Below are positions 19,414 to 28,350 of a stretch of 64,000 nt of DNA, piece by piece. Made by a program: the position numbers and the translations under genes. This stretch comes from Candidatus Kaiserbacteria bacterium RIFCSPHIGHO2_01_FULL_53_29. GTDB taxonomy: Bacteria; Patescibacteriota; Minisyncoccia; Phycocordibacterales; UBA2100. The notes beneath the pieces were generated by a model. It was given only the letters and a program-made list of their open reading frames with translations. It was not told where the DNA came from and did no database searches. Every line of letters begins with the position of its first letter. Position 1 is the stretch's first letter. Location: contig MFKT01000029.1 in the NCBI GenBank assembly GCA_001781125.1, positions 68,040 to 132,039 on the forward strand. Direction: 5' to 3'.

Positions 19414-19851
19414 TAGCTTGTAGCCGGTAGCTTGTAGCCGGTAGCTAAAAAAGCACCCGGCAAGCTTACCGAAGCGCTTTAATCATACCATGCAACATTT
19501 TACTCATTTCGGTTACTTGTGTACGCACGTTTTCGAACTCTTTTTCTGTGCAAAAGGCAAGCTCCTTGCTTATTAAGAGCTGCGTTTCAAGCTCAGCTAA
19601 GGAGCCGTGCGCCATTCGCAAGAAATGTCCAAAATCGGCATCGGTCCCACGCCGTCTCCCCTCTGCTATGTTTGATGGTACAGATACGGCTGCGCGACGG
19701 ATTTGTGATGTAAGGCCATACATCTCACGCGACGGGAACTTTTCGGTGAGCCGGTATATCAATGTACAAAGTGCAACCGCCTTTTTCCAGACCGCCAAAT
19801 CTTCGTGTGATTGCATAGAGCTACGGGCTACTGGCTGCAAGCTACTGGCTT
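19414..19851. mobile_element. Inverted heptamer-array element enclosing a four-helix-bundle gene
   Basis: Arms 19414-19447 (tagcttg/tagccgg units) and 19819-19851 (ctacggg/ctactgg units) are mutually complementary; mobility is inferred, not shown. Confidence 0.6.
19466..19816 (-). CDS. Four helix bundle protein (23S rRNA IVP / bAvd-like family)
   Basis: EDLAVWKKA, FPSREMYGLTSQIRRAAVSVPSNIAEG, FLRMAHGSLAELETQL. Confidence 0.92.
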   Translation of the reverse strand: MQSHEDLAVWKKAVALCTLIYRLTEKFPSREMYGLTSQIRRAAVSVPSNIAEGRRRGTDADFGHFLRMAHGSLAELETQLLISKELAFCTEKEFENVRTQVTEMSKMLHGMIKALR

Positions 19852-20473
19852 ACTGCGGTGGCTCCCGGTAGGGATCGTCTTCAACGGACTTCCGAACTGT
19901 CGAGGCCTCGCCGGCTTTGTAGGCGGCTGATACGGGCGCGCGTTCTATTTTCCCCGTAGGTGAGGTCGAGGGCGGTGTAGCCGGTGCAACGAAGCTTGTA
20001 GCTTGTAGCTTGTAGCTTGTAGCAGATTCGGCATTCGTGCTGGCTTCAGGCTCCAAGCTACTGGCTACGGGCTGTTCTCCCAGCACTTGCGAGCGCACAT
20101 CTTCAACCCCGGTCGTATCTGCGGCCCTTGCATCCGGATGCTCGAGCTCACGCTCGAGCTGTTCGCGGACCGGTTGGAACACGATGCGGGAAACATTCGA
20201 AGCCAAGTCCTGTGCCATCTCCTGCGTAACATCAAGGTCTGCTTTGATGTTATCCGCAAGCTCCTCCGGTGGCTGGAACCCCATGAGCGTGAGCAGTACC
20301 TCGTTCTCCAGGAGTTGCCATTGGTCAAGATGCAATTTATTGGTATCCGCCAATTCCCGCAGCTGCTTCTGTATGTCGGTCGACGTAATAGCATCTTGCA
20401 ACACCTTCGGGAGCTCCTTAAACCGCTCCTTCAACTTCGCATTCAACTCATCTTGTGTCATTTTCATGTCCAT
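19850..20473 (-). CDS. Hypothetical protein ending DPYREP, with an in-frame heptamer insert
   Basis: ORF; QPVASSLEPEAS...ATSYKLQATS segment is encoded by the repeat element at 19993-20073. Confidence 0.75.
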   Translation of the reverse strand: MDMKMTQDELNAKLKERFKELPKVLQDAITSTDIQKQLRELADTNKLHLDQWQLLENEVLLTLMGFQPPEELADNIKADLDVTQEMAQDLASNVSRIVFQPVREQLERELEHPDARAADTTGVEDVRSQVLGEQPVASSLEPEASTNAESATSYKLQATSFVAPATPPSTSPTGKIERAPVSAAYKAGEASTVRKSVEDDPYREPPQ

Positions 20474-20486
20474 ATATCAATGGGCA

Positions 20487-23363
20487 CTAGCTAGCTGGTG
20501 CGGCGGGGGCAGCGGGCGCGCCTCCTCCTGCGCCCGAACCAGTTTGTATATCTGCGAGCACGTCACGCAAGCCGGCAGTCTTCACCTTCTTTTTAAACAG
20601 GTCCGGAATTTCATCTTGTACGGCCTTATTTACAAGCGTTACTTTACCCAAAGTACGCGTGAGAATGTCCCCCTGTATTGCAGCGAACTCCTTGACAACT
20701 CCTTGAGCAGAAGTCGCCAGTCCTTTGGTCCCCTCTGTCGCCGCTTGATTCGCAAGTCTTTCCGTATCGGTCTGCCATTTTCTTTCCAGTGTCTCTCCGT
20801 ATTTTTTTTCAGCCGTAGCAAAATCATTCTGTACCCTCTTGAGATTGGGATCGTTTTCTATGTTGCCGATACGTGCTACCAATTGTTCTGCATTGCTGCG
20901 CGCATCGCGCGATCGACCAAACACCTCGTCATATTTTCTTGCTCTTTCTACGACTGCGGGATCTAGGGTAGGAATTTTACTTTGGACCTGAATGCGTGCT
21001 TGTTCGATACGATCTTCTTGGTGTCGCATGTCACTTCTGCGCTGCTCTTCAGAACTGGCGAGCTGGTCTTCAATTACTTTTCGCTGCTTCGAATCGGTAA
21101 TTGTTGAGAGCTGTGCCTTGAGACCTTGAATGACCGGATCATGTTTTGCGGCCGCCGTCGCTTTGCCCCCCGCGACTTCCGCTGCAGCGGCGTCAAGTTC
21201 GCGTTTCGCAGCATCCTTTGCTTCAGAATATTGATTCCGCTCGTCAGCGCTGAGATTGCTTGCTCGGGTCTCCGCTTGATCAATAATATCTTGTGCCGCT
21301 TTTTGTTGCGCAACAAATTTCGGATCATTGGCGAGAGCAGGATTTTCAGTTGCCATTTTCTTTAGGGAATCTCTAATGTCTTCCTGAACCGCAACGTTTT
21401 CCGGGCTGTAGAGGGTGCCATCGTTCGCCGCGGCCTTGAACGCGGTGCGGAACTCGTTGCCCACGGTTGTAAGTTGATCTTTCGTCGCTTTAGCAACCTT
21501 CTCTGCCGTTGTCAGCTGTTCTTTAAGCGGTCGTTCTCCTGCGGGATTCATTTTGCCGTCTGCTTCGTCCGCGGCGTCTTTCAGCGCAGCCTCAGCTATT
21601 TCTTTTGCGTTCTTCCGGTCCTCAACCTCCTTTCGTCGTTCGCGACGGATCCTTTCTTTCTCGATCTCCTTCACCTTTTCGTTGTCCTCTGCTGACGGTG
21701 CGATTTTTGCGGCTATTTTTTCTGCTTTTTCGGTTCGTCCTTTGACTTGGTCTGCATAACTCTTTTCGAGAGTAGTTCTCCCTGATTGTCCTGCTGCGAA
21801 ACCAGTAATGCCGACCGTTTTGGCAACGTTCTGAGCAGTTTTCGTATCCATTATATTGAAGCGACTATCCGCAAGTTTTCCTGCCTGTTCCATCGATTTC
21901 AATTTACTTGCAGCCAACCTCCTCTTTTCAGCGGCGGCTTTCCGCGTTTGCTCTGCAAGTGGAATGTTCCCCAGCGCTTCGTGTCTGTCCGCCGCCCGGT
22001 CCATAGCCGCCGCTTCATTATTTTCTCTCTTTGCGTCTTTGCCGAGTCTTTTAGCAGCAAAATATGCCGGCATGCCAATGCCCAAACGTCCTGCGCCGCC
22101 CACAAGGAAGCGGCTCCCTTGGATCAAGGGAGATAGAGCAAGAGCGCCGGCCAAATTGAATCCGGTGACAGTTCCTGCGATCTTGCTCGAGAGCTTGAAT
22201 GATATAAAGAGCATGCCGAGTACCATTACGAAGTTGAAGAGCGCGGCGATGTTGGCCCCGGGCGTCTGACTCGTCATGAGAGCGCCGAGGGTCCCACAAT
22301 TATGGCCCCCGCTACAGAGTGCTTTGCTCAAGGAGTTCGAGACATTCAACGTTATCCACAAAAAGAGCATCAATGCGGGTGCTAAGACAGCGCTCCCGAT
22401 AAGCGATTTCCACCATACATCCCATCCATAACTGCTCTTCTCCCACGCGGGAACAAGATAGCTCGCGAATGCGAGCGATGCGGTGACCATCAGGAAGATA
22501 AAAATGAGCGCCCGTGAAGCAAGGAGGTAGGTGCCGTATAAAAAGACGAGCGCGGTAGCGATGAGGAAGACGAAAGAGAGAATGCCGTAGACAAGGCCGA
22601 GAAGCGCGTTGTCGTTATTCTCCTGAATTCCGCGCAGCGCGTTGTATGAGTCGGCGATCCCGCCGACGCCGAGGAATCTCAAAAAACTTCCGGCGATGCC
22701 GTTGCCGGTAATGGTCGCAGCACCCGCCCCTGTGTTTGCGGTCGCGGACGGCGCCGCCGCCTCGTCCGCTTGTTTGAGAGCTCCATTGTAGAGCTGGAGT
22801 GCGGTGAAGTTCGACACGTCGATCATCATCTTGGTAAAAAGCAGGCTGAAGTTGATGAGAATGGCGATGATGAGTACCTTCGCGACCATTTTTTTCGCGT
22901 TGAACGTTTGCAATCCGAGAATGGTGCCGATCGCGATAAAAGTGAATATGCCGATGATAAGGATGTTGGCGATATCGCGAAATGCGCTCCACGCGGTATT
23001 GACCCCTTGCTCGATATTGTTGAATATCAGACCTCTGAAGTCGACTATGGTCGCCTTCAGCGCAAATTCGAAGAGCATACTCATCCAGGTGAGGACTGTT
23101 ATTCCGATGTACATAAAGAGCGATCCGAGACCCGCGAATATGCCCCGCATCCAACATATCGGATTTAAGTTGCTCAAATTCCATCCGCTCGAGCATGAAG
23201 TGCTCCCCGCATCATTCGCGACGCCGGAAGCCCCCACGACAGCGTTGAGACCTTGCGCATGGGTAACGGTGGGAATAGCTGTTACCCCTGCGCTGAAGCA
23301 GACCAAGAGCGCAATAAAGACGATTGCGGATCTTTGCCAACGAGTTTGTTTGAAGGTCATCAT
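20487..23363 (-). CDS. VirB6/TrbL-like polytopic membrane protein with long coiled-coil tail
   Basis: Signal peptide, WSAFRDIANI, LINFSL, multiple TMs, W.WWKSL, charged C-terminus. Confidence 0.75.
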   Translation of the reverse strand: MMTFKQTRWQRSAIVFIALLVCFSAGVTAIPTVTHAQGLNAVVGASGVANDAGSTSCSSGWNLSNLNPICWMRGIFAGLGSLFMYIGITVLTWMSMLFEFALKATIVDFRGLIFNNIEQGVNTAWSAFRDIANILIIGIFTFIAIGTILGLQTFNAKKMVAKVLIIAILINFSLLFTKMMIDVSNFTALQLYNGALKQADEAAAPSATANTGAGAATITGNGIAGSFLRFLGVGGIADSYNALRGIQENNDNALLGLVYGILSFVFLIATALVFLYGTYLLASRALIFIFLMVTASLAFASYLVPAWEKSSYGWDVWWKSLIGSAVLAPALMLFLWITLNVSNSLSKALCSGGHNCGTLGALMTSQTPGANIAALFNFVMVLGMLFISFKLSSKIAGTVTGFNLAGALALSPLIQGSRFLVGGAGRLGIGMPAYFAAKRLGKDAKRENNEAAAMDRAADRHEALGNIPLAEQTRKAAAEKRRLAASKLKSMEQAGKLADSRFNIMDTKTAQNVAKTVGITGFAAGQSGRTTLEKSYADQVKGRTEKAEKIAAKIAPSAEDNEKVKEIEKERIRRERRKEVEDRKNAKEIAEAALKDAADEADGKMNPAGERPLKEQLTTAEKVAKATKDQLTTVGNEFRTAFKAAANDGTLYSPENVAVQEDIRDSLKKMATENPALANDPKFVAQQKAAQDIIDQAETRASNLSADERNQYSEAKDAAKRELDAAAAEVAGGKATAAAKHDPVIQGLKAQLSTITDSKQRKVIEDQLASSEEQRRSDMRHQEDRIEQARIQVQSKIPTLDPAVVERARKYDEVFGRSRDARSNAEQLVARIGNIENDPNLKRVQNDFATAEKKYGETLERKWQTDTERLANQAATEGTKGLATSAQGVVKEFAAIQGDILTRTLGKVTLVNKAVQDEIPDLFKKKVKTAGLRDVLADIQTGSGAGGGAPAAPAAPAS

Positions 23364-23505
23364 ACCCGGCTAGTACAATTTCGAATAATTCCTGCCGCAG
23401 GTCACACTGCGGAAAGGTTGCATAACGGCTGAGTCATTTTTTCTTGTCATACGTTGGTGAATATTCATACAAGGCGATTCGAAATTGTCCTGCCGGGCAT
23501 ACTCA

Positions 23506-25209
23506 TTACTTCCACTTTGTGACCCACGCCGCTCTCGTCGCATCGTTCGTGGCGTTGCACCAGCCGACCCCGGGATTTGTCGTGCCGTCCCATGAGAGAT
23601 TTGCGGGAGTGCTCCCATCAGAGCCGACTCCTGTCCATGTATCTCTCGTCGTTTGCAGCAAATTCGTCAATGAGCTCAGGGTGCTTTGCTGTTGCTGTGT
23701 GATCGCTGCCACATCCGGCGGCGTATGGAGAACAGGAGGACGCGCACTGACGAGCTGATCGAGCTCCTGGAGTGCCTGGGATTGTGTGGCGGGATTCGAG
23801 AGACGTGCAGCGATACTCGTGAGTTTTGCAAGCGTTTCATCGGATTTCTGGATGGCGGGTAGTATTTGAGCCGCCAAAGTTCCGATCTGGGAATCGATGA
23901 CCGCTTGCGCGAATTGATAGGTCGAAGTCGCAACGGTGAGACTGCCGCTTGCAGGCGGTTTGGCGGTACATTTTCTATCAGCGTCTGGTGGTGCGGTGCA
24001 CACGTTCGAAATGACGAGAGCCCAGCACTGATTCTCGAGGCCCCGCAGCTGCAATGTCGCTTGCGTGAGCAGACTCCCGATCGATTTCACGACCTGATTG
24101 TACTGCTGCTCTGTTCGCAGAGCGCCGGCGAGATTGTTGTTCGCGACATTGACGGCGGCATCCCGCAGGCCCTGCCCCGATTGCGAGGAGACCTGATCGA
24201 GATATGATGGCTGGCCGCCGATGCTTTGAGACAGGCCCGCGAGTCCCTGAGAATCAGCCACGATCTGTGTTGCCACGCCGGCATAGAGAGCTCCTATCAT
24301 CTGGCCGATGTCGTTGGCGCTTTCCAGTTGGCGCACAGAACTATCGATGACGTTCTGGAACGTGCTGTTCACGTTGGAGGCTGGCGTGAGCACCCTTTGG
24401 TTCAGGGGATCTTGCGCCCCATCGGTTAGGGCATAATAGCCGCGACCCCAATTCCATTGATCAAGCTGGTACTGTTTCGCCGCTGCGATCCTGCTGTTTA
24501 CGAGATCCTGAGCTTCAAATTTTGCATATAGAGGGACACAATCCGGATCGGCCCCGGCAAGAAAAGCATCGAAACTGAAATTCTGTGTCGGGTTGGTCTG
24601 GAACGGGGTCAGATCCCCCTCATAGGGACACGTGAGCTCGGTCTGCGGCGCCCTAGTACTTGTGTCGTAATTGACGAGTACGGCACGACTCACCGCCGCC
24701 TTGAAAGCCGGATTGAGCGAATCGAGCGCACCGCTCTGGAACCACGAAACGAATACTTGATCGCCTACGGTCAAGAGTTCCTGCCCTTCATTCACCGCGT
24801 ACTGTGGATTGCCGTTGCGACCCTCTTGGATCCCCTTGTAAGACCTTTTTAAATATGCTGCGCTGGCGGCTTCCCGCTGGCGGACTATCACTTCGCGCAG
24901 CACGCATTCTTTGTACACCAGGATCCCTGTATTGAGCTCGACGGTCGCATCGGCAACGGGCACGTATATCCCGTTTGCCGTGAGCGACCCCACATTCATC
25001 GCGAACGCGCCGTTCTGGTTGCAGTCGAAGATCCCCTGTCGCTGGTATTGATACGCCTGCGCGTTCGCAAAAAGAGGCAGAAAGCATCCCGAGACAACGA
25101 GCGCAGACAAAAGGGTCTTCTTCACCCCGTTAGAGACCGCAGGCAACGAATTTTCTTTCATCATCATTTGGTCAGTTGTTGGACGACCGGAGTCTCTAAT
25201 GGGGCTCAT
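23506..25209 (-). CDS. Secreted Cys-containing protein of the T4SS-like cluster
   Basis: KKTLLSALVV...ANA signal peptide; the first 28 codons derive from a MITE; alternative GTG start at 25125. Confidence 0.7.
   Translation of the reverse strand: MSPIRDSGRPTTDQMMMKENSLPAVSNGVKKTLLSALVVSGCFLPLFANAQAYQYQRQGIFDCNQNGAFAMNVGSLTANGIYVPVADATVELNTGILVYKECVLREVIVRQREAASAAYLKRSYKGIQEGRNGNPQYAVNEGQELLTVGDQVFVSWFQSGALDSLNPAFKAAVSRAVLVNYDTSTRAPQTELTCPYEGDLTPFQTNPTQNFSFDAFLAGADPDCVPLYAKFEAQDLVNSRIAAAKQYQLDQWNWGRGYYALTDGAQDPLNQRVLTPASNVNSTFQNVIDSSVRQLESANDIGQMIGALYAGVATQIVADSQGLAGLSQSIGGQPSYLDQVSSQSGQGLRDAAVNVANNNLAGALRTEQQYNQVVKSIGSLLTQATLQLRGLENQCWALVISNVCTAPPDADRKCTAKPPASGSLTVATSTYQFAQAVIDSQIGTLAAQILPAIQKSDETLAKLTSIAARLSNPATQSQALQELDQLVSARPPVLHTPPDVAAITQQQQSTLSSLTNLLQTTRDTWTGVGSDGSTPANLSWDGTTNPGVGWCNATNDATRAAWVTKWK
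25121..25208. mobile_element. MITE-like element CCCCGTTAGA...TCTAAYGGGG (copy 1)
   Basis: Terminal inverted repeats with TTCA/CTCA flanking direct repeats. Confidence 0.7.
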
Positions 25210-26060
25210 AGCTGTTTTTTCGCGTTGTACGAGTAGAGCCCACTGAACGATGTGAACATGTTCCGTTCGGCCTGATCATAGCTGCGCAAGAGTGCCACTG
25301 AGGCAAACGGGTCCTCCGCGTGTGCCACCAGCTGCTCAAGTGTCGCCGCGAATTCCTGCATTGCATTAAGAATAGCGAGGTGCTGCACGACAGCGTCTGC
25401 CGGAGCCGCGACATTCGCAGTGGAGGCAGCCGCATCTTTGTAATTCTTTGCCACTTCGGTGAGTTCTTTGAGGTAGGACGCATCTTTCGTTTGCACGTAG
25501 TTCCCAAAGATCTCGTATTCAGGGGTCGTGTTCTTGAAAAGCGGCTTCAGTGTGCTCTGGAGAGCAAGGCGATACGCGAGCATTGCCGCATAAGACGTGT
25601 CGGAGCTTGTCTTGACGTCTGCCTTTGTGAAGCGGCGATATGAGACCTCTGCGCGCATCAGCGGAGCGAGATCCTGTGCGATTTGCGCGCCCGCCTCCTC
25701 CGTATACGTACCCGCTTGCTGCATCTGCGCGTATTGACCGGCAAGCCGGTCCATCACCACTGCGCCAATGGAGGAGATCGCGTCGGTCGAAGACGTCGCG
25801 GATGAAAAAGATGCACTGCCGAATATCGACATCCCCGCCACGTTTTCTTTTGACGAAGAAATGTCTGTACCCGCATCCGCAGAGGCGACATAGGTCGTTG
25901 CACTTTTCTTCTCCTGCACCGATCTCTCCACGCTCCATCCAAGAACCACCATGAGCGCCAAGACAGAAGCTGCGGCGGTTATCCCAATAGCCGTGAACCC
26001 ACGACTGTTGTTGCAATAGGACAAAAAGCCCACGCATCTGTTCGCGCGTTTCGTTCTCAC
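25206..26060 (-). CDS. Hypothetical membrane-anchored helical protein
   Basis: GTG start 6 nt after TGtTATACT; one TM; C-terminal helical domain resembles that of the next gene. Confidence 0.7.
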   Translation of the reverse strand: MRTKRANRCVGFLSYCNNSRGFTAIGITAAASVLALMVVLGWSVERSVQEKKSATTYVASADAGTDISSSKENVAGMSIFGSASFSSATSSTDAISSIGAVVMDRLAGQYAQMQQAGTYTEEAGAQIAQDLAPLMRAEVSYRRFTKADVKTSSDTSYAAMLAYRLALQSTLKPLFKNTTPEYEIFGNYVQTKDASYLKELTEVAKNYKDAAASTANVAAPADAVVQHLAILNAMQEFAATLEQLVAHAEDPFASVALLRSYDQAERNMFTSFSGLYSYNAKKQL

Positions 26061-26075
26061 ACAGGAAGTATAACA

Positions 26076-26168
26076 AGCTTGTAGCCAGTAGCTTGTAGCT
26101 TGTAGCAAAAAAGAGGAAAAATACGAAACACTCTCTGGCTTCAGGCTACGAGCTGCTGGCTACAGGCT
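26076..26168. repeat. Inverted heptamer-array element
   Basis: agcttgtagccagtagcttgtagcttgtagc ... ctggcttcaggctacgagctgctggctacaggct. Confidence 0.85.
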
Positions 26169-26210
26169 CCCGATTTGTCCGCGCGTAGCGCGGTCACAAA
26201 TCGCAGTCCT

Positions 26211-27104
26211 TTATGGGCTCATGGGCGTGAACGTGAAGACGCTTCCCGCATCACTTTGTGCAAAGACGACGCCATAGGCGCCGAAAAGTTCTGCCACCGC
26301 GACATAGTTTCTTGTGAACGTATCAGCCGAAGCGTTGTACGTCTGTATTGCCGCAATAAAATCACTATCGCGCTCTGCATAAGGCACCAGTGCGAGGTTG
26401 GTTCCTATCGCGATGTAGCTCTTTGCCAATTTCTGGTGCGCCGAAGCCATTGCGCTTGGCACGACGTCCATACCTTGGAGATTTTGGCCCACTTCTTTGA
26501 GAGCCCGCGCGAGCTCGCCCACGGCGGCTGCCTTATTGCTGTCACTGCGGTCCTCGACCTGATCTTTAAGCGTCTGCGCTTTCCCTTGGTTCTGTTCTTC
26601 AAAAGATCGAATGTATGAACCAATATCGTTGCCGTAATCGTAGAGTTTTTGCTGTGTCGCGCTGCGACTCTGTTGGACCGACGTGGTGCTCATAAGTCCG
26701 CTTGGTATGAATGCGTATGCATCTGTCACCTGGTTGTCAGTGCCTCGCGCCCCGCCCGAGGCGGGTCGGCCTTGGGCCGAGAGCAGTGCGATGAACGCGT
26801 TGAAATCGAATGGAGCACTCTGCTCCGTATCAGGATCTTTTACCACAGGCGGGGTATATGCGGAGGGCACGGTCAGAACATTTGGGAACACGGAGTATTG
26901 ATTTTGGGATGGCTGGGTCGACGCGGGGGCAGGAGGCGTATGCGATGATGGATTGAAGAGTGAGATCTCTGTGCCTGCCCACGTCCGTGTGCTTGCGGCG
27001 GGGGATGCCGCGGAGCGGCTGTTCACAATGAGCGCGCCCACGAGGAGAAGTGCCAGCGTTGCGGCCAATGCATCTACGTACGGGTGTGCGCGTAACCAAT
27101 TCAT
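26211..27104 (-). CDS. Hypothetical membrane-anchored helical protein
   Basis: N-terminal TM, P/S/T linker, helical C-terminal domain. Confidence 0.7.
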   Translation of the reverse strand: MNWLRAHPYVDALAATLALLLVGALIVNSRSAASPAASTRTWAGTEISLFNPSSHTPPAPASTQPSQNQYSVFPNVLTVPSAYTPPVVKDPDTEQSAPFDFNAFIALLSAQGRPASGGARGTDNQVTDAYAFIPSGLMSTTSVQQSRSATQQKLYDYGNDIGSYIRSFEEQNQGKAQTLKDQVEDRSDSNKAAAVGELARALKEVGQNLQGMDVVPSAMASAHQKLAKSYIAIGTNLALVPYAERDSDFIAAIQTYNASADTFTRNYVAVAELFGAYGVVFAQSDAGSVFTFTPMSP

Positions 27105-27197
27105 AGCCGGTAGCCGGTAGCTTGTAGCTCGTAGCGGATCCGAAGCCCCATCCGACTAATTGTACGGCTACGGGCTACAGGCTACAAGCTACGGGCT
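27104..27197. repeat. Inverted heptamer-array element
   Basis: tagccggtagccggtagcttgtagctcgtagc ... ggctacgggctacaggctacaagctacgggct. Confidence 0.85.
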
Positions 27198-27215
27198 GTG
27201 TGGTAAAATTTATGA

Positions 27216-27530
27216 ATGCGTCCTGCCGCACTTGCTGCCATCCTATCTTTACTTATAACTCCGCTTGCCGTGCATGCGTTCCCCTTTGGTGGACAAGCGA
27301 ACATAGTACGGCCTTGTTACAACAACGCGATCTATGCCAACCTCGGGCCTCCCGTCGGCGGCCCATATATCTGGACTCCTTCCACAAAGACGTACCAATT
27401 TGGTCCGCCTACGCATGCGGGGCAGTGGCTTCTCGGACTTGCCGGGGCTCCCTACTATTGCATCATCTCGATCGAGCCGGTCATCGTCTGGCCCGGCACC
27501 TACATCACGATGATGGGGTCAAGTCAATAA
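27216..27530 (+). CDS. Small secreted protein with two cysteines
   Basis: Signal peptide ending AVHA; TGgTAAAAT 6 nt upstream of ATG. Confidence 0.7.
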   Translation: MRPAALAAILSLLITPLAVHAFPFGGQANIVRPCYNNAIYANLGPPVGGPYIWTPSTKTYQFGPPTHAGQWLLGLAGAPYYCIISIEPVIVWPGTYITMMGSSQ

Positions 27531-27537
27531 TTAGCCA

Positions 27538-28350
27538 CTAGGGTTTAGCCACTAGAAAAGACACGAGTTGTTTCCACGCATCCAGCGGGACGTCTTCTGC
27601 GCGAACCGCAGGTAAAATCCCAATAGCATTGAATACCGCAGCGACACGGTCTTTCTCAAACCGCACACCCAGATTGTTTGCCAGGAATTTTCGCTTTGAT
27701 GTAAAACCAGCATGTATAACCTCAAAAAACCTCTCCTCGCTTATAGTGTCGAAGAATTTTTTTGATACATTGTCTATCAGGAGAATCGCGGAGTCGACCG
27801 ACGGCGGCGGGGAGAAATTCCCGCGTGATACTTTTGCAATAATTTTTGGTATTCCGTACGCTTTGACCGAAAGTGAGAGAATGGATTCTTTTCCATTCCG
27901 AGCGACGATACGATCTGCAACCTCTTTCTGCACGAGAAGTGCGAGCGCGCGCGGTTGTGAAGATGTTTCCAAAAACTGTCGGATAATTTCTCCGGTAATG
28001 TAGTATGGAATGTTGGCAGCCAGCACATAGCTTCCCGCGATCAGGTTATATCGTTGTGGGTCGAAGTTGCGAATATCATCCGAAACGAGAATTAATTTTC
28101 CGAACTCGATCTTGCTGCGGAATGTTTCTTCGAGATGCGTAACGAGCGCCTCATCTTTTTCGATCGCGATTACGGTCGCGCCCGTTGCGAGAAGTTCTTT
28201 GGTGAGCGCGCCTTTGCCCGGCCCTATCTCGAGAATTGTTTCGTTCGGTTTGACGTCTACCGCTCTGGCGAGCACCTCGGCGGCCCACGTCCCCGTGAGG
28301 AAGTGTTGCCCCAACCTCGCCCCTTTCCTAGCGGATCGTTTCTTCTTCAT
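27538..28350 (-). CDS. rsmA: 16S rRNA adenine dimethyltransferase
   Basis: LGQHFL, LEIGPGKG, ANIPYYIT, QKEVADRI, FSPPPSVDSA. Confidence 0.95.
   Translation of the reverse strand: MKKKRSARKGARLGQHFLTGTWAAEVLARAVDVKPNETILEIGPGKGALTKELLATGATVIAIEKDEALVTHLEETFRSKIEFGKLILVSDDIRNFDPQRYNLIAGSYVLAANIPYYITGEIIRQFLETSSQPRALALLVQKEVADRIVARNGKESILSLSVKAYGIPKIIAKVSRGNFSPPPSVDSAILLIDNVSKKFFDTISEERFFEVIHAGFTSKRKFLANNLGVRFEKDRVAAVFNAIGILPAVRAEDVPLDAWKQLVSFLVAKP

Noticed and set aside
19993..20073. CRISPR array from the periodic repeats
   Set aside because: Units are 7-bp tandem repeats without spacers, and no cas genes are present.
25960..26010. Type IV prepilin cleavage motif (RGFTAIG)
   Set aside because: It lacks the conserved Glu at +5; treated as an ordinary membrane anchor.
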